A stretch of 64,000 nt of DNA from Escherichia coli (lineage in GTDB: Bacteria > Pseudomonadota > Gammaproteobacteria > Enterobacterales > Enterobacteriaceae). The notes under the pieces were generated by a model. That model was not told the DNA's origin. It did no database searches and worked only from the letters and a program-made list of their open reading frames with translations. This document shows positions 50,433 to 59,587 of this stretch, piece by piece. The stretch is taken from NCBI RefSeq assembly GCF_048403405.1, contig NZ_CP183131.1; one strand, given 5' to 3'. The position numbers and the translations under genes are program-made. Position 1 is the stretch's first letter, and every line of letters begins with the position of its first letter.

Positions 50433-51473
50433 TTAGTTCTCCTGTAATTTGTCCCGGATGTACTTCATGAGTTGTTCCGGTGGCACAAAGTTGTCTTTAT
50501 CACCGCTCGCTTGAGATAGCTGTTTGAGGTCAGAGCCCAGCTCTGGTGAGGCCAAGCGTTCGGCTATGTTGTTTTCCAGGTTGAGTACCGGACGTGTACG
50601 GTTAAACTCTTCGTCTGTGACCCAACCATTGCGTTTTGCTGCGACCAAAATCCTGTGATTCAGCTCAGGAAGAGACATTGGCCCTTGTCCTATAGGAGCG
50701 AACTGACCGTCTGGAGATGCGAGGTAAACAGCAGGGAAAGTTACGATACCAAGTTGTTTGGCATGGCCTTCATCGGTTTTGTAATGGGGGAAAAGCCCAC
50801 TGGGGAGTGGTTTGCCGTCCATAGATACAGGAATGATCGAGAATCCTTCTCCTTGTTCCAACATCTTGATGAGCGGTGCTTGCAAGTCACTGTAGTCATC
50901 GTCGGACTTGTAGAAGAAGAATATCCCTACGCGTTCGGCTACGCTTTTGAGTAGCATGTTTTTGGCGTTACCAGCGTCACGATCAACTTGTTGTGAGGCA
51001 AACGTGGCAGCAGGACGTCGAGTAATTTCATCCAAGAAAGGATCACCTACGACCGCCAGCTCTGTAGCATCGGAAAATTGTTCAGAGCGATCTATCGCAA
51101 ATCGTTGCAAGTAGAGAAACGTCCTGACGTTTTCAACGGTAGGATTGTTCCAAGCAAGGTCTTTGTACTTGGGTAAGTTTTCCCGGAACCATTCCGCTGA
51201 GAACATTTCTGGGCCGCTCGGAAGCGGAGCAGCAGGCTTAGGCTGTGTAGGCTTCGCTTCTGCCACAGGCTTTGGTTTGGGCTTTTCGGGTTTTTTCTCT
51301 GGTTCTTTGGGCTCTTCCTTGTACCAGAACCAACCCTCTTCCTTTCGCTCATAAAAACCAGGTCTTGTGCCATCTTGAGCCCAAGCCTGGTGTGATGCCC
51401 CCAGCGTGAGCGCTGCAAGGAGCAGTAAATTCAAAGGTGATTTTTTCATAGTCTCACGCACGTATTTTCCCAT
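50433..51473 (-). CDS. traF: F-type T4SS TraF (thioredoxin-like pilus assembly protein)
   Basis: 346 aa, signal peptide, Pro/Lys-rich linker; N-terminal …GFYERKEEGWFWYKE… motif. Confidence 0.8.
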   Translation of the reverse strand: MGKYVRETMKKSPLNLLLLAALTLGASHQAWAQDGTRPGFYERKEEGWFWYKEEPKEPEKKPEKPKPKPVAEAKPTQPKPAAPLPSGPEMFSAEWFRENLPKYKDLAWNNPTVENVRTFLYLQRFAIDRSEQFSDATELAVVGDPFLDEITRRPAATFASQQVDRDAGNAKNMLLKSVAERVGIFFFYKSDDDYSDLQAPLIKMLEQGEGFSIIPVSMDGKPLPSGLFPHYKTDEGHAKQLGIVTFPAVYLASPDGQFAPIGQGPMSLPELNHRILVAAKRNGWVTDEEFNRTRPVLNLENNIAERLASPELGSDLKQLSQASGDKDNFVPPEQLMKYIRDKLQEN

Positions 51474-51554
51474 GCTCGATATGGTAGAGGTGGGAGGCGT
51501 GAAATTAGGCAGGTGTAAGCGCCCATTTAGGGCGCTTAGAGCGTTTTATTTGTC

Positions 51555-51572
51555 AACTTTCACATGTGAAAG
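51555..51572. promoter_or_regulatory. Palindromic operator-like site (copy 8 of 8)
   Basis: aactttcacatgtgaaag between the helicase stop and the traF start. Confidence 0.5.
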
Positions 51573-51583
51573 AATTGACCAAA

Positions 51584-53116
51584 CTATTTGGTCGTGTCCT
51601 CTTCAACTTCTGTCGCTTCTGCGGCCATCTTCATCTGCTTCTCGACCATGCGTTTTTGGGTGATGTAGCGGATAACCATCTCGACAGCGCTGTTCAACGC
51701 AAGGATTCGCATCGCTCTGGTGGATGCAACGTAGAGCAGGTTTATTTCATCGTCACGGGCCATTGGGTCGAGCTCTGGGTCCAGGACATCCGGAAAGTCG
51801 TCATAGAGCTGAACAAAGTCCCACTCCAACCCTTTGCACCGATGAGCTGTTGAGACCGTAATGTCAGCCCCAAACTCTTCTTTGACTGTATTGCGTCGTA
51901 GAGTGGTGAGTCGTTCAGGGATTTCATCGTAGCTGTTGATGATCTTGACAGCCCTCATCATCTCAGGGTCTTTGGTCGCCTTCGCTACTTCTTGATACTC
52001 GAAGTAGTCTTCATACTCATCAAGCAGTTTCTTATTCTTTACCCGGTCTGGCTCTGCCATCGAAAACCAGTACAAATCCTGGAGCTCATTGATCTGGTAA
52101 GCGTCGATTCCACCGACCCAGAATACCTGCGCTCCGGATTCGGTCGCAGAGAGCGCCGTCTCTATAACCCCCATGACGGTTCGGTGAAGTATTGCGCGGT
52201 GGCCCACGTCACCTGGTAAAAACATGAGTACCTGATCTGCTGGTCCCCGGCCAACAACAGGTCGTGTTTCACCTTTGAGTTCAAGAAGGGCGTTTGCCAC
52301 CAGCGAAACGTTGGGGCCAAAGCGGAAGCTATGAGTGAGATAGAGTTGGTCGGCGTTCATGAGCTCTTTGCTATCAAGGGCGTTGTTTGCGCCTCTGAAC
52401 CTATAGATCTGCTGGTGGCGATCTCCAACCAGGATTACCTTGCAGTTCTGCTGTAGGACGATGCTACTTGTTACGGGGTTAGCGTCTTGTGCTTCATCAA
52501 AAAGAATGGTGGTGTACCGGCGAGACAGATTCGGCATCCCGAGCTGATACTGTTTGAGGTAGCAATCGTGTACGGTCGGGAACGGATCTTGAACGTTTGT
52601 CATCCGTTTCCATATGAGCTCAGCACCTTCGACCACCTGGATTTGGTATCTCTCCTGTTTGGACGTAAGCACTTTACCCGTATCGGCGCGAGCAAAATGC
52701 GTATAAAGAATCCGCATGTCTGCACTACACATAAAGGCGTTGAGCGTATCGAGAATATCTTTGGCAAACGTCCAGTTCTTGGTATTCACCGCTTGGGCAA
52801 TATCGGTGAGCCTTAGGTTGCCGGAGAGTTTGTGCTGGTAGCCCCTTCCTATAGTGGCGTAGGCAAGCTGGTGGGACGTTTTGCAGTCTACGTTTGCAGG
52901 AAACTTTTCTCTTGCCTCGTCGCGGATAGCCCTGTTGTATGCCAAGTAGAGGATACGTGAATCGAGGTTGTTGTGGGCGTACTTCACCAGTGTCGTGGTT
53001 TTACCCGTTCCAGCGTAGGCCTTAACGACAAGGCGAGGCCCTTTGTACTGAGTGATCAGTGATTGTTCTGGTGTGTCAGGAGGAAGTTGTTTCATGAGGC
53101 CCCCTACGACAAACAC
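51584..53116 (-). CDS. Superfamily 1 (UvrD/Rep-like) DNA helicase
   Basis: 510 aa; Walker A AGTGKTT, motif II FDEAQD, C-terminal motifs (VSTAHRCKGLEWDFV, LLYVASTRA). Confidence 0.8.
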   Translation of the reverse strand: MFVVGGLMKQLPPDTPEQSLITQYKGPRLVVKAYAGTGKTTTLVKYAHNNLDSRILYLAYNRAIRDEAREKFPANVDCKTSHQLAYATIGRGYQHKLSGNLRLTDIAQAVNTKNWTFAKDILDTLNAFMCSADMRILYTHFARADTGKVLTSKQERYQIQVVEGAELIWKRMTNVQDPFPTVHDCYLKQYQLGMPNLSRRYTTILFDEAQDANPVTSSIVLQQNCKVILVGDRHQQIYRFRGANNALDSKELMNADQLYLTHSFRFGPNVSLVANALLELKGETRPVVGRGPADQVLMFLPGDVGHRAILHRTVMGVIETALSATESGAQVFWVGGIDAYQINELQDLYWFSMAEPDRVKNKKLLDEYEDYFEYQEVAKATKDPEMMRAVKIINSYDEIPERLTTLRRNTVKEEFGADITVSTAHRCKGLEWDFVQLYDDFPDVLDPELDPMARDDEINLLYVASTRAMRILALNSAVEMVIRYITQKRMVEKQMKMAAEATEVEEDTTK

Positions 53117-53382
53117 ATCTGGAGAGTGATGCGCTTCTTTTGTGTCGAGAGGAACGTACTGATCCGCTTTTCTTCTCGGGGGAGGGATACTTCACAATCC
53201 AGATCTGTCCACCAGTCTGGGGCTTTACCTTGAGCCACCTCCGTAACCCAACTATGGAGACGGTGTAACCAGCGATAGTCGCCAATAGATGAGGTGGCTA
53301 GTGTCATAGCCTCCTCAATCTTGGTTTGAAGAGCCGCAGCTCTGTGTCGCCACTCTTCTGAATATTTAGCCTTTCGCGCCAT
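53104..53382 (-). CDS. Hypothetical small protein
   Basis: 92-aa ORF coupled between the KfrA-like gene and the helicase. Confidence 0.4.
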   Translation of the reverse strand: MARKAKYSEEWRHRAAALQTKIEEAMTLATSSIGDYRWLHRLHSWVTEVAQGKAPDWWTDLDCEVSLPREEKRISTFLSTQKKRITLQMCLS

Positions 53383-54422
53383 CAGTTTTCCTCTTTCTTT
53401 TTCCCTCCCTTACCAGCTTTAGCGAGCTCTTGCTCCAACCCAGAAATTTTGGTCAGTGCATCATTGAGTCTTTGTTCGAGGCTCTTGGCCTGCTGGTCTT
53501 TTTCCTGCAACTGACCAGCCATCATGCCTTTGTCTTGAACAAGAGCGCGAGCTTCTGCTTCGGCGCTGGATAATTTGGCGTCCAGCTTTTCTACCTCTCC
53601 AGATAGGCGCTGGCACTCTCGTTCAGCGGATTCGCCATGAGCTTTGGCTGTGGCAAGGGAGTCCTGTGATTGGGCCAGTTTGGCCTGTACATTTTCGAGC
53701 TGCTCTTTCAACGATGTTTTTTGTTCCTGAGCGGCCCGGAGCTTTTCTGTCTGCTCTATACTCTTGCCTTTTTGCTCCTCCAACTCACCCTCTGTAGTTG
53801 CCAATTTTTGGCTCAAAGAGCGATTTTCGCTTTTAGCTTGCTCCAGGTGATCCTGTGCTCGGGTCAGATCTGCGGCTTTCGCCTCCAGCTTGCCCTCCAA
53901 CTCAACGATCCGCTTTTCCAGCTTATCAATGTCAGCCAGTGAGCGTTCTAGCTCCGCAGACTTGAGGGATAGCGAGTTTTCTGCCTTACCAAGGGCCGCA
54001 TCGAGCTCTGATTTTTTGTTGGTGAGAGCTTCAAGTTGTTCCTCCAGTAGCTCAGCCCGTTCGGTGGCATCATTTGCCATGTCCACGGCTTGCTGCATAT
54101 CTTCCTGGTACTCAATTTCTTTCTGTCGTAGCAGTTCACGCTCGCGCTCAAGCTGTTCATCGGCGCTTGCTTTGGCTACCGTATAGATCTTCTGTAGGAA
54201 GAGCTCAGCATCGCTCATAACCGATTCTGGAAGGACTACCTCTACCAGCTCTTCATCGAGGGAGTGTTCCTCTGACCACTGTTTGAGATACGTTGAAATG
54301 GTGGTAAAGCTCCCCTTGCCAATGATGTCTCTGATAGCGATGACCGTTGGGCGTTTACCGGCGTCCTTGAGCTTTTGGGCCGCAGCCGCTACATCGTCAA
54401 ACTCAACCAATTTTCTTGCCAT
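53382..54422 (-). CDS. KfrA-like protein (N-terminal DNA-binding domain plus long coiled coil)
   Basis: 346 aa; N-terminus MARKLVEFDDVAAAAQKLKDAGKRPTVIAIRDIIGKGS…; remainder is heptad-rich E/K/A/L/Q. Confidence 0.65.
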   Translation of the reverse strand: MARKLVEFDDVAAAAQKLKDAGKRPTVIAIRDIIGKGSFTTISTYLKQWSEEHSLDEELVEVVLPESVMSDAELFLQKIYTVAKASADEQLERERELLRQKEIEYQEDMQQAVDMANDATERAELLEEQLEALTNKKSELDAALGKAENSLSLKSAELERSLADIDKLEKRIVELEGKLEAKAADLTRAQDHLEQAKSENRSLSQKLATTEGELEEQKGKSIEQTEKLRAAQEQKTSLKEQLENVQAKLAQSQDSLATAKAHGESAERECQRLSGEVEKLDAKLSSAEAEARALVQDKGMMAGQLQEKDQQAKSLEQRLNDALTKISGLEQELAKAGKGGKKKEEN

Positions 54423-54450
54423 GAGAACGTTCCTTTTAATTTGTAATGTT

Positions 54451-54495
54451 TACGATAATTACGATAATTACGATAATTACGATAATTACGATAAT
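54451..54495. repeat. Tandem 9-bp repeat (tacgataat) x5 plus degenerate copies
   Basis: Five perfect head-to-tail copies 29 bp upstream of the KfrA-like start. Confidence 0.9.
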
Positions 54496-54608
54496 ACGGT
54501 AATTATCATAATTATATATCATGCTGCTGTCGATTGGAATTGTTTGTGTGGGACAAAGCCCTTCCGGCTGCGGAAAAGCCTTGTTACGCGGTCACGCTGA
54601 TTCATCCA

Positions 54609-54646
54609 GGGGGAGCCCGCAGAATTCGGAAAAAATCGTACGCTAA
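54609..54646. repeat. 38-bp terminal inverted repeat of a Tn1721-type (Tn21 subgroup) transposon
   Basis: ggggagcccgcagaattcggaaaaaatcgtacgctaag; the tnpA stop lies inside it. Confidence 0.8.
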
Positions 54647-56159
54647 GGTTTTCCGGGCATCCGTAAGGGCCGAAACTTCCCGTCTTCCAGTCTGCGGCTC
54701 TGCCGCCAGACGTAATCGCCGGTTAGGTTGATGTGCTCCCAGCCCAGCGGCGACAGGAATTGCAGCAGCTCGCCGTCCACCGGCTTGCCGGCCTCGACCA
54801 ACCCCTGGGTGGCGCGTTCCAGGTACACCGTGTTCCACAGCACGATAGCCGCCGTCACCAGGTTGAGGCCGCTGGCCCGGTAGCGCTGCTGCTCGAAGCT
54901 CCGATCCCTGATTTCCCCAAGGCGGTTGAAGAACACCGCCCTGGCCAGCGAGTTGCGCGCCTCACCTTTGTTCAGGCCGGCATGCACGCGGCGGCGCAGT
55001 TCAACACTTTGCAGCCAGTCCAGGATGAACAGCGTGCGCTCGATCCGGCCCAGCTCGCGCAGGGCCACGGCCAGTCCGTTCTGGCGCGGGTAGCTGCCGA
55101 GCTTGCGCAGCATCAGCGAGGCGGTGACGGTGCCCTGCTTGATCGAGCTGGCCAGGCGCAGGATGTCGTCCCAGTGGGCACGCACGTGCTTGATGTTCAG
55201 GGTGCCGCCGATCAGCGGGCGCAACGTCGGGTAGGCTTGCACGCCCTGCGGCACGTACAGCTTGGTTTCGCCGAGGTCGCGGATGCGCGGCGCGAAGCGG
55301 AAGCCTAGCAGGTGCATCAGGGCAAAGACGTGATCGGTGAAGCCGGCCGTGTCGGTGTAGTGCTCCTCGATCCGCAGGTCGGACTCGTGGTACAGCAGGC
55401 CGTCGAGCACATAGGTGGAATCGCGGACGCCGACATTCACCACGCGGGTGCTGAACGGCGCGTACTGGTCGGAGATATGGGTATAGAACAGCCGTCCCGG
55501 CTCGCTACCGTACTTCGGGTTGACGTGCCCGGTGCTCTCGCCCCGGCCACCCGCGCGGAAGCGCTGGCCATCGGAGGATGAGGTCGTGCCGTCGCCCCAG
55601 TGGGCGGCAAAGGCGTGGCGATACTGGTGGTTGACCAGCTCGGCCAAGGCCGCCGAATAGGTTTCGTCGCGGATGTGCCAGGCTTGCAGCCAGGACAGCT
55701 TGGCGTAGGTCAGGCCGGGGCTCGACTCGGCCATCTTGGTCAGCCCGAGGTTGATCGCATCACCGAGGATTGCGGACAGCAGCAACGTCCTGTCTTTGGC
55801 CTCGGCCCCGTCCTTCAAGTGGGTGAAGTGGCGGCTGAAGCCCGTCCAGTCGTCCACGTCCATCAGCAGTTCGGTGATCTTGATGCGCGGCAGTAACTGG
55901 CTGGTTTGGTCGATCAGCGCCTGCGCCCGATCCGGCACCGCCGCATCCAGCGGGGTGATTTTCAGCCCTGACTCGGTGAGGATGGCATCGGGCAGCTCGT
56001 TGTCCTTGGCCAGGCGGGTGACGGTGGCCAACTGCTCGTCCAGCAGCTGCAAACGCTCTTCCAGGTACTGGTCGCTGTTCGGGTTGATCGCCAGGGGCAG
56101 GGCCTGCTCGCGCTTGAGTGCGGCGAACTTCTCGGCCGGCAGCAGGTAGTCGTCGAAGT
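54643..56159 (-). pseudogene. tnpA: Tn3-family transposase tnpA, 3' portion (Tn1721-like), 5' end removed by IS26
   Basis: 505 codons of TnpA C-terminus ending in the IR; ORF reads into the IS26 IR at 56160. Confidence 0.85.
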
Positions 56160-56979
56160 GGCACTGTTGCAAATAGTCGGTGGTGATAAACTTATCATCC
56201 CCTTTTGCTGATGGAGCTGCACATGAACCCATTCAAAGGCCGGCATTTTCAGCGTGACATCATTCTGTGGGCCGTACGCTGGTACTGCAAATACGGCATC
56301 AGTTACCGTGAGCTGCAGGAGATGCTTGCTGAACGCGGAGTGAATGTCGATCACTCCACGATTTACCGCTGGGTTCAGCGTTATGCGCCTGAAATGGAAA
56401 AACGGCTGCGCTGGTACTGGCGTAACCCTTCCGATCTTTGCCCGTGGCACATGGATGAAACCTACGTGAAGGTCAATGGCCGCTGGGCGTATCTGTACCG
56501 GGCCGTCGACAGCCGGGGCCGCACTGTCGATTTTTATCTCTCCTCCCGTCGTAACAGCAAAGCTGCATACCGGTTTCTGGGTAAAATCCTCAACAACGTG
56601 AAGAAGTGGCAGATCCCGCGATTCATCAACACGGATAAAGCGCCCGCCTATGGTCGCGCGCTTGCTCTGCTCAAACGCGAAGGCCGGTGCCCGTCTGACG
56701 TTGAACACCGACAGATTAAGTACCGGAACAACGTGATTGAATGCGATCATAGCAAACTGAAACGGATAATCGGCGCCACGCTGGGATTTAAATCCATGAA
56801 GACGGCTTACGCCACCATCAAAGGTATTGAGGTGATGCGTGCACTACGCAAAGGCCAGGCCTCAGCATTTTATTATGGTGATCCCCTGGGCGAAATGCGC
56901 CTGGTAAGCAGAGTTTTTGAAATGTAAGGCCTTTGAATAAGACAAAAGGCTGCCTCATCGCTAACTTTGCAACAGTGCC
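56160..56979 (+). mobile_element. IS26: IS26 variant copy, 820 bp (tnp26 56223-56927)
   Basis: Terminal IRs intact; carries Tnp26 Gly177Ser (…ECDHSKLK…) and a synonymous ctg>ctt change shared with the copy at 59588-60407. Confidence 0.96.
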
Positions 56980-57025
56980 TTTAAGCGTGCATAATAAGCC
57001 CTACACAAATTGGGAGTTAGACATC

Positions 57026-57625
57026 ATGAGCAACGCAAAAACAAAGTTAGGCATCACAAAGTACAGCATCGTGACCAACAGCAACGATTCCGTCACACTG
57101 CGCCTCATGACTGAGCATGACCTTGCGATGCTCTATGAGTGGCTAAATCGATCTCATATCGTCGAGTGGTGGGGCGGAGAAGAAGCACGCCCGACACTTG
57201 CTGACGTACAGGAACAGTACTTGCCAAGCGTTTTAGCGCAAGAGTCCGTCACTCCATACATTGCAATGCTGAATGGAGAGCCGATTGGGTATGCCCAGTC
57301 GTACGTTGCTCTTGGAAGCGGGGACGGACGGTGGGAAGAAGAAACCGATCCAGGAGTACGCGGAATAGACCAGTTACTGGCGAATGCATCACAACTGGGC
57401 AAAGGCTTGGGAACCAAGCTGGTTCGAGCTCTGGTTGAGTTGCTGTTCAATGATCCCGAGGTCACCAAGATCCAAACGGACCCGTCGCCGAGCAACTTGC
57501 GAGCGATCCGATGCTACGAGAAAGCGGGGTTTGAGAGGCAAGGTACCGTAACCACCCCATATGGTCCAGCCGTGTACATGGTTCAAACACGCCAGGCATT
57601 CGAGCGAACACGCAGTGATGCCTAA
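57026..57625 (+). CDS. aac(6')-Ib-cr: Aminoglycoside/fluoroquinolone acetyltransferase AAC(6')-Ib-cr
   Basis: 199 aa; both signature substitutions present: Trp102Arg ([10 protein letters not shown]) and Asp179Tyr (TTPYGPAVY); ORF-track N-terminal extension into IS26 rejected. Confidence 0.9.
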   Translation: MSNAKTKLGITKYSIVTNSNDSVTLRLMTEHDLAMLYEWLNRSHIVEWWGGEEARPTLADVQEQYLPSVLAQESVTPYIAMLNGEPIGYAQSYVALGSGDGRWEEETDPGVRGIDQLLANASQLGKGLGTKLVRALVELLFNDPEVTKIQTDPSPSNLRAIRCYEKAGFERQGTVTTPYGPAVYMVQTRQAFERTRSDA

Positions 57626-57691
57626 CCCTTCCATCGAGGGGGACGTCCAAGGGCTGGCGCCCTTGGCCGCCCCTCATGTCAAACGTTGGGC
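57620..57691 (+). other. attC of the aac(6')-Ib cassette
   Basis: Inverse core gcctaac at 57620, core gttgggc at 57685; imperfect inverted repeat. Confidence 0.55.
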
Positions 57692-57755
57692 GAACCCGGA
57701 GCCTCATTAATTGTTAGCCGTTAAAATTAAGCCCTTTACCAAACCAATACTTATT

Positions 57756-58586
57756 ATGAAAAACACAATACATATCAACTTCGCTATTTTTTTAATAATT
57801 GCAAATATTATCTACAGCAGCGCCAGTGCATCAACAGATATCTCTACTGTTGCATCTCCATTATTTGAAGGAACTGAAGGTTGTTTTTTACTTTACGATG
57901 CATCCACAAACGCTGAAATTGCTCAATTCAATAAAGCAAAGTGTGCAACGCAAATGGCACCAGATTCAACTTTCAAGATCGCATTATCACTTATGGCATT
58001 TGATGCGGAAATAATAGATCAGAAAACCATATTCAAATGGGATAAAACCCCCAAAGGAATGGAGATCTGGAACAGCAATCATACACCAAAGACGTGGATG
58101 CAATTTTCTGTTGTTTGGGTTTCGCAAGAAATAACCCAAAAAATTGGATTAAATAAAATCAAGAATTATCTCAAAGATTTTGATTATGGAAATCAAGACT
58201 TCTCTGGAGATAAAGAAAGAAACAACGGATTAACAGAAGCATGGCTCGAAAGTAGCTTAAAAATTTCACCAGAAGAACAAATTCAATTCCTGCGTAAAAT
58301 TATTAATCACAATCTCCCAGTTAAAAACTCAGCCATAGAAAACACCATAGAGAACATGTATCTACAAGATCTGGATAATAGTACAAAACTGTATGGGAAA
58401 ACTGGTGCAGGATTCACAGCAAATAGAACCTTACAAAACGGATGGTTTGAAGGGTTTATTATAAGCAAATCAGGACATAAATATGTTTTTGTGTCCGCAC
58501 TTACAGGAAACTTGGGGTCGAATTTAACATCAAGCATAAAAGCCAAGAAAAATGCGATCACCATTCTAAACACACTAAATTTATAA
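57756..58586 (+). CDS. blaOXA-1: Class D beta-lactamase OXA-1
   Basis: 276 aa from MKNTIHINFAIFLIIANIIYSSASASTDISTVASPLFEGTEGCFLLYD…; STFK active site. Confidence 0.93.
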   Translation: MKNTIHINFAIFLIIANIIYSSASASTDISTVASPLFEGTEGCFLLYDASTNAEIAQFNKAKCATQMAPDSTFKIALSLMAFDAEIIDQKTIFKWDKTPKGMEIWNSNHTPKTWMQFSVVWVSQEITQKIGLNKIKNYLKDFDYGNQDFSGDKERNNGLTEAWLESSLKISPEEQIQFLRKIINHNLPVKNSAIENTIENMYLQDLDNSTKLYGKTGAGFTANRTLQNGWFEGFIISKSGHKYVFVSALTGNLGSNLTSSIKAKKNAITILNTLNL

Positions 58587-58602
58587 AAAATCTAATGGCA
58601 AA

Positions 58603-58695
58603 ATCGCCCAACCCTTCAATCAAGTCGGGACGGCCAAAAGCAAGCTTTTGGCTCCCCTCGCTGGCGCTCGGCGCCCCTTATTTCAAACGTTAGAC
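58603..58695 (+). other. attC of the blaOXA-1 cassette (approximate)
   Basis: Inverted-repeat region ending in core gttagac. Confidence 0.5.
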
Positions 58696-58723
58696 GGCAA
58701 AGTCACAGACCGCGGGATCTCTT

Positions 58724-59356
58724 ATGACCAACTACTTTGATAGCCCCTTCAAAGGCAAGCTGCTTTCTGAGCAAGTGAAGAACCCCAATATCAAAGTTGG
58801 GCGGTACAGCTATTACTCTGGCTACTATCATGGGCACTCATTCGATGACTGCGCACGGTATCTGTTTCCGGACCGTGATGACGTTGATAAGTTGATCATC
58901 GGTAGTTTCTGCTCTATCGGGAGTGGGGCTTCCTTTATCATGGCTGGCAATCAGGGGCATCGGTACGACTGGGCATCATCTTTCCCGTTCTTTTATATGC
59001 AGGAAGAACCTGCATTCTCAAGCGCACTCGATGCCTTCCAAAAAGCAGGTAATACTGTCATTGGCAATGACGTTTGGATCGGCTCTGAGGCAATGGTCAT
59101 GCCCGGAATCAAGATCGGGCACGGTGCGGTGATAGGCAGCCGCTCGTTGGTGACAAAAGATGTGGAGCCTTACGCTATCGTTGGCGGCAATCCCGCTAAG
59201 AAGATTAAGAAACGCTTCACCGATGAGGAAATTTCATTGCTTCTGGAGATGGAGTGGTGGAATTGGTCACTGGAGAAGATCAAAGCGGCAATGCCCATGC
59301 TGTGCTCGTCTAATATTGTTGGCCTGCACAAGTATTGGCTCGAGTTTGCCGTCTAA
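58724..59356 (+). CDS. catB3: Chloramphenicol acetyltransferase CatB3 (full length)
   Basis: 210 aa, hexapeptide-repeat acetyltransferase, [33 protein letters not shown]…. Confidence 0.88.
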   Translation: MTNYFDSPFKGKLLSEQVKNPNIKVGRYSYYSGYYHGHSFDDCARYLFPDRDDVDKLIIGSFCSIGSGASFIMAGNQGHRYDWASSFPFFYMQEEPAFSSALDAFQKAGNTVIGNDVWIGSEAMVMPGIKIGHGAVIGSRSLVTKDVEPYAIVGGNPAKKIKKRFTDEEISLLLEMEWWNWSLEKIKAAMPMLCSSNIVGLHKYWLEFAV

Positions 59357-59410
59357 CAATTCAATCAAGCCGATGCCGCTTCGCGGCACGGCTTATTTCA
59401 GGCGTTATGC
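59351..59410 (+). other. attC of the catB3 cassette (approximate)
   Basis: gtctaac … gttatgc inverted-repeat structure. Confidence 0.5.
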
Positions 59411-59440
59411 AGCCAAATCCCAACAATTAAGGGTCTTAAA

Positions 59441-59587
59441 ATGGTAAAAGATTGGATTCCCATCTCTCATGATAATTACAAGCAGGTGCAAGGACCGTTC
59501 TATCATGGAACCAAAGCCAATTTGGCGATTGGTGACTTGCTAACCACAGGGTTCATCTCTCATTTCGAGGACGGTCGTATTCTTAAG
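59441..59587 (+). pseudogene. arr-3: arr-3 (rifampin ADP-ribosyltransferase), 3'-truncated by IS26 after about 49 codons
   Basis: MVKDWIPISHDNYKQVQGPFYHGTKANLAIGDLLTTGFISHFEDGRIL then IS26 IR. Confidence 0.85.

Noticed and set aside
54733-56164. Several 90-190-aa ORFs on the plus strand within the Tn1721-type tnpA fragment
   Set aside because: High-GC antisense frames of a well-supported transposase gene; no independent evidence of coding.
56160-56979. IS26 variant as the known hyperactive IS26 (G184N)
   Set aside because: The substitution seen is Gly177Ser; Gly184 is unchanged, so the known variant is not present.
56933-57025. N-terminal extension of the aac(6')-Ib-cr ORF into IS26
   Set aside because: Read-through from the IS26 end; the acetyltransferase starts at the internal Met (MSNAKTK) at 57026.
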